From Limisphaerales bacterium (GTDB lineage Bacteria > Patescibacteriota > Microgenomatia > UBA1400 > PJMF01): a DNA stretch of 64,000 nucleotides. Each line of letters starts with the position of its first letter. The first letter of the stretch is position 1. This document shows, in pieces, positions 26,628-35,984 of the stretch. The position numbers were made by a program, and so were the translations under genes. Below the pieces are notes generated by a model. The model worked only from the letters and a program-made list of their open reading frames with translations, was not told where the DNA came from and ran no database searches. The DNA is taken from contig JBILGT010000002.1 in the NCBI GenBank assembly GCA_044350895.1, positions 36,554 to 100,553 on the forward strand, given 5' to 3'.

Positions 26628-27534
26628 ATTTTCAAAAACACAATTGGTCGGACCGGCACTTATTGCTGTTGCGGCAATCCTTTGGGCATTGGATGGTGTA
26701 CTACGCAGAAGTCTTTTTGCGCTGCCACCAATCGTAATTGTGTTTTATGAGCACCTAATTGGGAGCATCATTTTACTGCCACTTTTGTGGAAACAGCTCA
26801 CCACTGAAGCAATCACCCGCAAAAGTCTCATGCTCGCATCAGGAATTGCCTTGTTGAGTGGACTACTTGGCACGCTCTGGTTCACCACAGCTCTGGTTAA
26901 AGTCAATTTTATTTCGTTTAGTGTCGTCTTTTTACTACAAAAACTACAACCTATTTTTGCAACTTCAGCAGCTGTCGTGCTCCTCAAAGAGAAAGTTTCC
27001 CGAACGTACGTCATGTGGGCGGGACTCGCGATGCTTGCTGCGTTTTTTGTAACGTTTAAAAATGGCTATGTCAGCTTGGCCACTGGAGAAGGCACAATTG
27101 TTGCTGCGCTCTACGCTATAGGTGCTGCGGCCGCCTGGGGATCGTCAACTGCCCTCTCAAAACTGCTCCTTAAAGAACATTCAACTGGTATGGCAACAGG
27201 ACTTCGATTCTTTCTCACCACAATATTTGGATTTATCGCTGTACTACTCTTTACTCAGCCTAATCAAATTATGTTGGTAGATGGCTCTCAAATCCTCCGC
27301 TTTGCAGTAATCGCGCTTTCTACGGGTATGGTAGCACTGTACATCTACTACAAGGGTTTACAGCGCACCCAAGCTAAAATTGCCACCATTATTGAATTAA
27401 TTTTTCCTATGTTGGCTGTTTCGATTGACGCAGTGGTGTACAAATCATTTTTGGCTCCCACTCAAATTATTGCTGCGCTCGTGTTGCTCTTTGCAATCTA
27501 TAAAGCTTCACAACTCAACGCCCAAAAGCAGTAG
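26617..27534 (+). CDS. EamA/DMT-family transporter (10 TM)
   Basis: Two tandem 5-TM halves. Start chosen at 26617 (AAGGA 10 nt upstream) to minimise overlap with the riboflavin kinase gene; the track start is 26575. Confidence 0.65.
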   Translation: MQNKFSKTQLVGPALIAVAAILWALDGVLRRSLFALPPIVIVFYEHLIGSIILLPLLWKQLTTEAITRKSLMLASGIALLSGLLGTLWFTTALVKVNFISFSVVFLLQKLQPIFATSAAVVLLKEKVSRTYVMWAGLAMLAAFFVTFKNGYVSLATGEGTIVAALYAIGAAAAWGSSTALSKLLLKEHSTGMATGLRFFLTTIFGFIAVLLFTQPNQIMLVDGSQILRFAVIALSTGMVALYIYYKGLQRTQAKIATIIELIFPMLAVSIDAVVYKSFLAPTQIIAALVLLFAIYKASQLNAQKQ

Positions 27535-27605
27535 TTTGAGTCAACTAGTACTACCACTAATACTTCACTACACAGAATGCGGGTGTTCCAGGTATAATTA
27601 TCGGT

Positions 27606-30600
27606 ATGGCATCCGATACTCAACCTCGGCAGATTGTTTTTGTGGCTGGAACTACTACTTCAGTAGATGAGTATCCTGTTGATGTAGACCACATAAAACA
27701 AATTGGTTTTTACTCCTCTGATGATTTTATTCAGTTTAAAGATCTCTTTTTAGAGCTCATCAATTCTCTCCATCTTAATGATCAAGGTATTTACGAACTA
27801 TATCCCGGTCAAGAAATCAAACAGATTCGCATTACATATCAAAAGGATGGCGGAAATTTTCAAAAAGTTTCACTTCGCACTACCGATGGATTACCTGGTG
27901 ACCCAGGAATACCAGAAAAACGGGAACGACTTTTCTTCTGTGACTTTGTCTATATTTCACTCGGCATCGCCAAAATCCTTCGAAAGAACTATCCCAAATC
28001 TACTGAAACACTGAAAGACTATACCGACAGCTTCGATATTGAGAAACAAATTAAAGAATGGGGAGCTGCTGGAGAGAAGCAGTATCTTTCCCAACGAGCA
28101 CTGCAGTGGGAAACTCCAGCAATCAAAGAGTTGCTTACTGAAATTTTTACGGCGTTTCAAGATATCACTGTAGAACTTAAAAAAGAGCCTGTCCAAGAAC
28201 CACCAGCTGAGGAATCAGGTGAACGACGCGCTACAGAAGCTGATGCTCTACTTGTCTTACCAGAAGTTTTGACTGCAGGAGTCACTCCAACTGTAGATGG
28301 TGGTGGCGATACAGCTGATACTACTAGCACACCTACTAGCACAAGAACTGAATCAATTGAAGATGAATCAAGCTACGTAACAGCGCGACAATTTGTTTTG
28401 GGGTTTGCGAGAACAACATTGATTGACGATGTCTTGAGGCGCAGTGGTCTAGATCCTGATTCTTTACCGCCTGAACTTCGAGGGCGATATGATGAGCTCT
28501 TCAGAATTCTTGAAACAGAACTAACTATTGTGCTGAGAAATCTTTCTGATGAAGAACGAGAACGACTTGCTTCTGGCGATGTGAGTCAAAAAATTTCCGT
28601 CTACTATTTACTACTCCGCCAATTATCAGGTAGTCCATCAGCACGTTTTTATGAGTTGTTTGTAGAATTTTATGAAACAGAAGTCACACATCTAGTTGAG
28701 AACCAACAAACAGAAGCGGCCCAACAACTTGTGACCGCAGTAACTGCCCAGTTTAGCGAAGTAGCACAAGAAATTCCTGAGCTTCAAAGAATTCATGATA
28801 ATTTACTAGCCTGGGAGCGTGAAATTTTGAGTGCAGCTCCAGTTGCAGCAACAACTGCTGAGACTGATGATGAAATCGAAACACCAGCTACTATTGTAGA
28901 AGCAACTGATGAAGTTGAAATACAGATCTCTCGCCTCCCCGATCCGCCAGTTATCATTCCAACGTTCCAAGCGCAAGTCAGTGCGCTTCCTCAAGTCCAA
29001 CAACTTACACAAAACGAGCAGGCCAGCATCCCCAATCGTTCTGGCCACGTTATTTGGGGAGCAATGGCTGAACTATTTTCAGAGGAAGATCTTCGTCGAA
29101 ATAATATTCCACCAGAGCTTTTTAACGCTGTTTCTCAGACTGCTTATGAATACCTCAATGGACTTTCTGCGCAGGAACTTAAAAAACTTGCAAAATCACC
29201 AAGTAGTTTAATTCGTCATATAAAAAATGTTTCTGTCAGACTACAAACTGATGCTGTTTTTAGTGAAACATACGGACAATACAAGTTATCCTATGCTACA
29301 CCAGCAATTAATCGTACCGAGCGAATTGAAGTTGAGACACAGTGGGCTTCTGAGAATTTGAAATACGAACTTTTCAGTGCCCACGACATTACGACATCAT
29401 TACTCAACCAATCTGCAAAATTAACCAGTGAGTATCGTGATGTTGAACAGAATCTTGAAGCAAAAGTTTATGGTATTTTCCTTACATTTAGTACTGATTA
29501 TCTCCAACTTTTATACTTCAATCCCAACGAGCGACGTACCTTAATCATTCGAATACAAAACACACTCAATGCTGATCCTCAGTTTTTAAGAGAATTAAGT
29601 GAGTTTTACAACGAACTAATTGTCTATTTTGCTGAACAACAAAGACTTGAGGAACGTGAAGACCTTGTTGAGAGTTTAAAAAGTACTAATCACTCATTTT
29701 TACAAGAAGAAGGCACTTTTCGCTATATTGTCAGTGATGTTCAACTATCAGATTCACACAAATTATTTATTGAGCAGTTAAAAAAGAGCTTAAACACTGA
29801 CTCCCCGCCAATCTTGCAAAACACTGCAAATGTGCTCGACGCCCTGATCATTGCACATGGAATCGAAGAAACTAACCGTCTTATTCAAGGGGTAAGTCCA
29901 CAACTACTAGAAATGACGTTTGGATTACCCACAGGGATCATTACTGATGACAACCATCGGTCGATTAGAGAAATTTTGGGTAACTACATAACTGTTCGTG
30001 TTTTCAACCTTGCACCAGGTGAAATTGCCGATCACAGAGCCCTATTAGTACCAGGTCAGACTACTATTCCTACAAATGCCACTAGTTTGCAGAAACACTT
30101 GGGACCAGTACATAATCTTGCAAAAATAATTACTGAAGATGGTTCTGAAAAAACGACTCTTGCACTACAAGGCGGAGTTAAGAAAAGAATTGATGCATTA
30201 GAAAAGGTTTTGGGACAAAAGTGGAGAAACTTAGGACTTGAGGAACGTGCAGCAGTTTACTTGTACTTTGATAAACCGTTTGATGCTTCACTTAAGCAAC
30301 GTCTAAAAAGTAAGTCAGCAGATTTGGAAGCTGACAAGCATATTTTAGGCGTCTTCATAGAATTTGCAGGTTTTAACGATCGATTATTGCCAGAGCTTGT
30401 CACTGATGCTCGGCTTAATGGATTTCAAAGATTAACTGGTGGAATCCCTGTTGAGACTAAATCGGGTGATGATATTACTGAGTTTTACAAAATCACCCGT
30501 CAAGCTGAAATACTTGAGCTTGAAGTTTCACTACTCGTACTAGACGAACTTTCAGCATTAGAGCGGGAACAACTTGCAGCACAGTACCAGATGTCTGCTG

Positions 30601-32447
30601 CGCAGCTTGAAGCTGCTTACCTCACCGCAATCACTACCAATCAAGGAATGCACTCACTTCCCGGGCCAGATGAGATCACACAAGTTGGAGGTGATCAACA
30701 ACCCGCCCAGCCTGGACAAAACTTGCCTGAGAGTACTACCAGAAGCCCACTCAGAGAGCGACTGAAAAATGGACTCAGAAAAAAAGCCACAGGAGAAATA
30801 ACTAAGAGACTTGGTGCAGCAACTGCCGAAAAAGCCCTTTTTGGTCTTGGAGGCAAACTGGCTGGTTTGGCATCTGGGGTTGGTGCTGCAATTGCTGCAG
30901 CTGCATTGATTAAGGACGTTCTCACTGAACTTTGGAATAACGAGGGCTTACGAAATCTACTCGCTGGGGCATTAACTGTCGGTTCAGCAATTTTGCTTAA
31001 TATTCTTGGAAATGTGGCGGGACTTTTAACTTTTGCTGCAATAAGTTTTGTGGGAGGATTTTCTATCCCCGCTCTCTTAGCTGGATTAGCTGCTGGTCAA
31101 GCAGCAGCCATGGCAGCACCTTGGGCACGCTGGTTTTCACAACCACGCACACCACCAAACCCATTTGGTTTCTCAACTGGTAGTGAGCAGTCAGCATCAG
31201 GAACTCCATCATTAGCTCAAATGCGTGGAAAAGCTCCTGGGGCGACTCCCCAATCGTCCATTTCACCTACTCCAGAATCAACCACAGCGACTGCAAATAG
31301 TGGAGTAACACCAGATGGTTCAAATGCTTCTGTTTCTGCTACAACCCAATATAGTACAACTTCAACAACAGCCGCTACTGCTTCTGGATTGTCTCAACTT
31401 GCTGCTATACCTATTGCTATTCTGGCTCCAACAATGGGAATTTTCACCGTTTTCATATCAACAATATTGGTTGTCACTGTTATTGCAGGAGCATTTTTAG
31501 TACCAGTTCCTACAAAACCAAATTCTCGCAAGGTAATTGATGGACTTGGACAACAGTCCAGTTCCAAATACGTCACTATCACAAAAACTCCTTCAATTGG
31601 AGCTACAAAAGGAGAAATTCAAAATAGAACAGATGTTCCTGTTACGTACACAATTACTGTTGAACCAAAGCCAGGATATTCAATAAAAGTTACTGGCGTA
31701 AAAGATGAATTTTCTGGAATTGGTGGGCAAACAACAGACCTGCAATCAAAACTTGATTTTTCAAAATTCCCCAGTGAACCAATCAAGGACTCTTCATTTT
31801 CAACAAGCTATACGGTCAATACAGGCACCAATTTGATTGATGCACTTATAATGAATGCTGTTACAGCAACCTTTGATGTATACGATTACACTGGGTACGT
31901 AATTGAAACGGGTGAAACATATACCGCAACAGCAACTATTTATATTGGTAATCCAAAAGTAGGCTGTTGGCCAACTAGTGGTGGTGTATGGCAACTGCCT
32001 GGTGGTAGCTTCAGTCATAGCAGATTGGATGCATACGACATTGGAAATGAAATTGGAACTCCTGTGTATGCGCCATTCCCTGGAGAAGTATGTGATAAAG
32101 GATATGACACTGCAGCAAGCGGTGGATATGGGCTCCACGCCAGTTTGAAGTTCAACCTAGGTGGCGGAGATCTCGTCCTATTTTTTGGTCACTTTGTTAA
32201 AAGTCCAAAAGATTTAATTGAAGGACTTGATGCCCGCGGATGTAAGACTGTTAATGCTGGAACACTCATAGGACTGATGGATGACACAGGTTTTTCCACA
32301 GCATCTCACTTACATTACGAACTGAGACCAAATACAATTGGGGTGAAGCTCAAAGATTTGCATCCAGATGGTCAACAGGTTATTAATTCATTCAACAGTG
32401 GAAAAAGGCCAGTGATCGTCCGAGACTGTTTTGGAGGAACAAAATAA
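27606..32447 (+). CDS. giant (1613 aa) membrane protein: large cytoplasmic N-terminal region, Gly/Ala-zipper TM segments, extracellular C-terminal M23 (LytM) peptidase domain
   Basis: C-terminus 'HSRLDAYDIGNEIGTPVYAPFPGEV...GGYGLHASLKF...GTLIGLMDDTGFSTASHLHYELRP' is the M23 signature (HxxxD...HxH). TM cluster 'GLASGVGAAIAAAAL...ALTVGSAILLNILGNVAGLLTFAAISFVGGFSIPALLAGLAAGQAAAMAA' and 'IAILAPTMGIFTVFISTILVVTVIAGAFLV'. Confidence 0.65.
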   Translation: MASDTQPRQIVFVAGTTTSVDEYPVDVDHIKQIGFYSSDDFIQFKDLFLELINSLHLNDQGIYELYPGQEIKQIRITYQKDGGNFQKVSLRTTDGLPGDPGIPEKRERLFFCDFVYISLGIAKILRKNYPKSTETLKDYTDSFDIEKQIKEWGAAGEKQYLSQRALQWETPAIKELLTEIFTAFQDITVELKKEPVQEPPAEESGERRATEADALLVLPEVLTAGVTPTVDGGGDTADTTSTPTSTRTESIEDESSYVTARQFVLGFARTTLIDDVLRRSGLDPDSLPPELRGRYDELFRILETELTIVLRNLSDEERERLASGDVSQKISVYYLLLRQLSGSPSARFYELFVEFYETEVTHLVENQQTEAAQQLVTAVTAQFSEVAQEIPELQRIHDNLLAWEREILSAAPVAATTAETDDEIETPATIVEATDEVEIQISRLPDPPVIIPTFQAQVSALPQVQQLTQNEQASIPNRSGHVIWGAMAELFSEEDLRRNNIPPELFNAVSQTAYEYLNGLSAQELKKLAKSPSSLIRHIKNVSVRLQTDAVFSETYGQYKLSYATPAINRTERIEVETQWASENLKYELFSAHDITTSLLNQSAKLTSEYRDVEQNLEAKVYGIFLTFSTDYLQLLYFNPNERRTLIIRIQNTLNADPQFLRELSEFYNELIVYFAEQQRLEEREDLVESLKSTNHSFLQEEGTFRYIVSDVQLSDSHKLFIEQLKKSLNTDSPPILQNTANVLDALIIAHGIEETNRLIQGVSPQLLEMTFGLPTGIITDDNHRSIREILGNYITVRVFNLAPGEIADHRALLVPGQTTIPTNATSLQKHLGPVHNLAKIITEDGSEKTTLALQGGVKKRIDALEKVLGQKWRNLGLEERAAVYLYFDKPFDASLKQRLKSKSADLEADKHILGVFIEFAGFNDRLLPELVTDARLNGFQRLTGGIPVETKSGDDITEFYKITRQAEILELEVSLLVLDELSALEREQLAAQYQMSAAQLEAAYLTAITTNQGMHSLPGPDEITQVGGDQQPAQPGQNLPESTTRSPLRERLKNGLRKKATGEITKRLGAATAEKALFGLGGKLAGLASGVGAAIAAAALIKDVLTELWNNEGLRNLLAGALTVGSAILLNILGNVAGLLTFAAISFVGGFSIPALLAGLAAGQAAAMAAPWARWFSQPRTPPNPFGFSTGSEQSASGTPSLAQMRGKAPGATPQSSISPTPESTTATANSGVTPDGSNASVSATTQYSTTSTTAATASGLSQLAAIPIAILAPTMGIFTVFISTILVVTVIAGAFLVPVPTKPNSRKVIDGLGQQSSSKYVTITKTPSIGATKGEIQNRTDVPVTYTITVEPKPGYSIKVTGVKDEFSGIGGQTTDLQSKLDFSKFPSEPIKDSSFSTSYTVNTGTNLIDALIMNAVTATFDVYDYTGYVIETGETYTATATIYIGNPKVGCWPTSGGVWQLPGGSFSHSRLDAYDIGNEIGTPVYAPFPGEVCDKGYDTAASGGYGLHASLKFNLGGGDLVLFFGHFVKSPKDLIEGLDARGCKTVNAGTLIGLMDDTGFSTASHLHYELRPNTIGVKLKDLHPDGQQVINSFNSGKRPVIVRDCFGGTK

Positions 32448-33451
32448 TGGAATACGTTATTCAAGAGCAACCCACTCAACAGTCCCCCAAATGGCTTCCA
32501 CGACTGGTTGTTATTGGCGTCATTGTCCTGGCTGTAGGATACTTGTTTCGTTGGCTCACTCCAGACGCCGCCCCCGCTCAGCCACTTTCTCAGTCGAACT
32601 ACGATAATTCACAAAGCACTTTTGAAAATATGGTGTTCACGGGTACTGCACCAGCAATTCCCAGCAAACTACCTGTTGCAACAGCAACTGAAGTGAAGCG
32701 AGTTAATCAGGAAGTGGAACTCACTCTTATTTCCAAACACCGACTGCAAGGTTTTGAAAAGTATACTGGAATCTGGATTGGACCTGAATACAACCTCACC
32801 CGAACAAGTAGTCCTGAACTATACGTTTTAACAAAAAAAGCCGTGGAAGATGCCACAGCTCTCGAAAGTGGTATTTCCACTGAGCAAGCGGTACGAAGTG
32901 CCACCAATTATGTATCAGAAGTTTTTAAGAATGAAAAGTTCGTTTCATTTCCCGATAGAATCCGTTATTTTGAAATTGGTGATCATCCACATCCTGAAAT
33001 AACAGAATCAGAAGAAAATGCAAATACTATCGAAATTTCTTTTGGCTATAAATACGGTCCCTACCCTGTTTTTTTTGACAAGGACTATACTTTTCCCGTC
33101 ACAATCATTGTTAATTCTGAATATGAGATACAAAAGATGACATTCCAACCATATTTTATGCAGTTTCAAGAAGGTCAAAACTTTTCAACGGTTACTATTC
33201 AGCAAGCACTCGGGAACATTATGGATGGAAAAGGAGCGCTCATTAAAAGTACCTACGACGGACACGGAAACCCATTATTGAGTGACATAACTAAAGGCAG
33301 TTTAAGTACTGTCTATGTTGAATATCGAGTTGATTCCGATTCAAAAACACTACTGCCCTACTATCGCTTTACTGGTCAACTGGAAAATAACGAAGGAATC
33401 ACCTTTTATGGTGAAGTGGTAACGCCAGCCATTCAAACAGAACAACAGTAA
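32447..33451 (+). CDS. membrane-anchored (N-terminal TM) extracytoplasmic protein; candidate VirB8/TcpC-like component
   Basis: ATG overlaps the stop of the upstream gene. TM 'LPRLVVIGVIVLAVGYLF', then a ~290-aa soluble domain. The assignment is by size, topology and position only. Confidence 0.35.
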   Translation: MEYVIQEQPTQQSPKWLPRLVVIGVIVLAVGYLFRWLTPDAAPAQPLSQSNYDNSQSTFENMVFTGTAPAIPSKLPVATATEVKRVNQEVELTLISKHRLQGFEKYTGIWIGPEYNLTRTSSPELYVLTKKAVEDATALESGISTEQAVRSATNYVSEVFKNEKFVSFPDRIRYFEIGDHPHPEITESEENANTIEISFGYKYGPYPVFFDKDYTFPVTIIVNSEYEIQKMTFQPYFMQFQEGQNFSTVTIQQALGNIMDGKGALIKSTYDGHGNPLLSDITKGSLSTVYVEYRVDSDSKTLLPYYRFTGQLENNEGITFYGEVVTPAIQTEQQ

Positions 33452-33493
33452 ATCATGATAAGATACTAAAGAAAAGAATCGTGAACTTCATGT

Positions 33494-34684
33494 TTGCCCA
33501 TCATGAAAGAACATCCAATACCACAAGATATTACTAGCTATCGCTTTCACATTGTTGGAAGCATGACACTCAAACAATTTGGTGAAGTTGCAGGTGGTGT
33601 TGTTATCTGTTTTATACTCTATCAGACAAATCTTCCCGCAATCATCAAATGGCCACTCATTGCTATCCTTTTTGGAGGCGGACTTGCTGCAGCTTTTGTT
33701 CCTATTGAAGAGCGTCCCTTAAGTCACTGGATTGCAACATTTTTTAGTATTCTCTATAAACCAACACAATTTTTCTGGAAACGTGCCTACAACATTCCTG
33801 CTCCGTTTTTGTTTAAAGGTAATAGTGATAATATGCTGCAAATGCAGGAGCTCGACCTTACTCCTGCGCGACGGCAACGAATTAAAGAATTTATTTCTTC
33901 AACAGGAACAACCGAAACTGTCGGTGAGTTTACTAACGAAGAGCAATCTCGCATGTCCGATATTCTCAATATTTTCCAGACTCAAACAACGATTGGAGTT
34001 CGAGAAGAACATACTGAAGTCATTCATAAACCGAATCTCACTGTTCGAGTACGAAGCATGCGGCAATTTGAAATTCCTAGTGAAGAAGTTGAAAAAGAAC
34101 ATTTTACAGTAAATTCGCTTGATAGTGTAGAAAATTTGGACTCTACAATTGTTTTACAAACTGACGAACCTACAAGTAGCTCATACAAAAAGAACAGCTA
34201 CCTCGAGTCACAACAAGTTGCACAGGGGCTTGAAATTCCCGAAATTCAACCTGTTGATCTTGGCATAAAGAACACTCCAGAAGAAGTATCAGCACTGATT
34301 CAACAACAAAACATCAATCCTACAGAACGTGCATACCTAGAAGACACACAGCCACATTTCAAAATAGAAAGTGCTTCTGAATCTGTTCATTTTAACAATC
34401 AGCTTCCCTTTCCCAGTCAACCAACTGTTGCAAATAAACTGGTCGGTATGGTTCTCACTCCAAATAATGATTTGGTCCCAGGAGCAATTGTAGAGATAAA
34501 AACTGCAAATGGACACGTATCAAGAGCAGTAAAAACTAATGCATTGGGACAGTTTTTCATTACTACACCGCTTAATAATGGCGACTACGTTGTGTCAGTA
34601 GAAAAAGAAGGACAGACATTTAGACCAGTTTCAATTCAATTAGTTGGTAAAATCGTAGAACCTTTGGAAATCCGGAGTAGCTAA
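33494..34684 (+). CDS. two-TM N-terminal domain protein (VirB3/PrgI-like topology) with C-terminal carboxypeptidase-regulatory/transthyretin-like beta-sandwich
   Basis: N-terminal hairpin 'GGVVICFILYQTNLPAIIKWPLIAILFGGGLAAAFV'. C-terminal 'GMVLTPNNDLVPGAIVEIKTANGHVSRAVKTNALGQFFITTPLNNGDYVVSVEKEG' resembles a CarbopepD_reg-like fold. Confidence 0.4.
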   Translation: MPIMKEHPIPQDITSYRFHIVGSMTLKQFGEVAGGVVICFILYQTNLPAIIKWPLIAILFGGGLAAAFVPIEERPLSHWIATFFSILYKPTQFFWKRAYNIPAPFLFKGNSDNMLQMQELDLTPARRQRIKEFISSTGTTETVGEFTNEEQSRMSDILNIFQTQTTIGVREEHTEVIHKPNLTVRVRSMRQFEIPSEEVEKEHFTVNSLDSVENLDSTIVLQTDEPTSSSYKKNSYLESQQVAQGLEIPEIQPVDLGIKNTPEEVSALIQQQNINPTERAYLEDTQPHFKIESASESVHFNNQLPFPSQPTVANKLVGMVLTPNNDLVPGAIVEIKTANGHVSRAVKTNALGQFFITTPLNNGDYVVSVEKEGQTFRPVSIQLVGKIVEPLEIRSS

Positions 34685-35923
34685 TTGCGACAGCTTCCAA
34701 AAGAAGCTACCATTAAAAAGCAACATATGGCAGATATTATTCAATCAACAACACAACAATTCTTGGATATTTACGATATCACCAACAACTTTGTGGTAAT
34801 GAAAGACGGCACTGTATCGACAATATTAACTGTTGATGCAATGAATTTTGGTCTTTTAGCAGAAGAAGAACAAGATGCCATCATGTACGCCTACGCAGGA
34901 CTGCTCAACTCACTCAACTACTCTGTTCAAATCATTATTAACTCTAGAACAAAAGACGTTACGTCATACTTAAAAGTGCTGCAGGAACAGGAAACTACTG
35001 CAGAGACCGAGACACTCCGTCGGCGCATCAGAATGTACCGGGAGTTTGTCGGCAACTTAATTCATGAAAGAAATGTTTTGGATAAAAAGTTCTATGTTGT
35101 CATTCCTGCCGCAGCCGTTGAAATGGGATTTTTAGCTCCAGCAAGTGTGTTACCTGGAAAAACCAATGCGTTTGATATCAGTTCAATTGAGCGTTCTGTC
35201 ATAATTGAAAAAGCTAGAAATCTGCTTGACCCTAAGCGAGACCACCTCATTGCGCAGTTTGCACGTATTGGATTGTTTTCAAGACAGCTTTCAACGCAGG
35301 AAATTATTCAACTGTTCTATGTTCGATACAACCCAGAAGCGGTTGAAGGTCAGCAAATTGGTGAAAGTAGTAGTTATACCACTCCGCTTGTAAAAGCGAG
35401 TATACAGGGAAATTTTATGAATACCCCGACACAAACGGTACCACAACCTCAAGCTATACCTGAGGTGCAAGCTTCGCTTGACCCAGTTGTCACACAATCA
35501 ATGCCAGAGATGAGCATGCAACCAGCACATCTTGAACCAGTTCCAGAAATTCATATTGCTGCTGTTGCTCCTGAAACTGTTGCAGCTCCATTTACACCTA
35601 CAGAACCACCGGCTGCACCAGTCATGCCACCAATGGCAACTATGCCGCAAATGTCTCAACCACCAGCAATTGAGACACCCATTTCTCCAGTAGTTTCACA
35701 ACCACCAGTGGTAAATACACCACCTATGCAAACTATTGAGATTCCAGCTGCAACTCCACCTGTACCAGAGAACACACTAGCCAGCACTGGAAGTCTCCCG
35801 TCCGAAGCTGAAGTACAAGCTGATTTAAATACAACACTACAGTCTCTGGGGACCACACCAGATATAACCAGTGTTCCACCAACCCAACCAGCGGCTGATC
35901 TGCCACCGCTGCCAGAGATTTAA
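34685..35923 (+). CDS. protein with VirB4-N-terminal-like domain followed by Pro/Thr/Gln-rich low-complexity tail
   Basis: 'FLDIYDITNNFVVMKDGTVSTILTVDAMNFGLLAEEEQDAIMYAYAGLLNSLNYSVQIIINS' resembles the CagE/TrbE/VirB4 N-terminal domain. The C-terminal 190 aa are PxxP-rich. Start is adjacent to the stop of the upstream gene. Confidence 0.4.
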   Translation: MRQLPKEATIKKQHMADIIQSTTQQFLDIYDITNNFVVMKDGTVSTILTVDAMNFGLLAEEEQDAIMYAYAGLLNSLNYSVQIIINSRTKDVTSYLKVLQEQETTAETETLRRRIRMYREFVGNLIHERNVLDKKFYVVIPAAAVEMGFLAPASVLPGKTNAFDISSIERSVIIEKARNLLDPKRDHLIAQFARIGLFSRQLSTQEIIQLFYVRYNPEAVEGQQIGESSSYTTPLVKASIQGNFMNTPTQTVPQPQAIPEVQASLDPVVTQSMPEMSMQPAHLEPVPEIHIAAVAPETVAAPFTPTEPPAAPVMPPMATMPQMSQPPAIETPISPVVSQPPVVNTPPMQTIEIPAATPPVPENTLASTGSLPSEAEVQADLNTTLQSLGTTPDITSVPPTQPAADLPPLPEI

Positions 35924-35984
35924 AATGACTTTTTTAATAAAGCCACTTTTACTCTGAGGTAAAATACAAGTACAATAGAAACCA

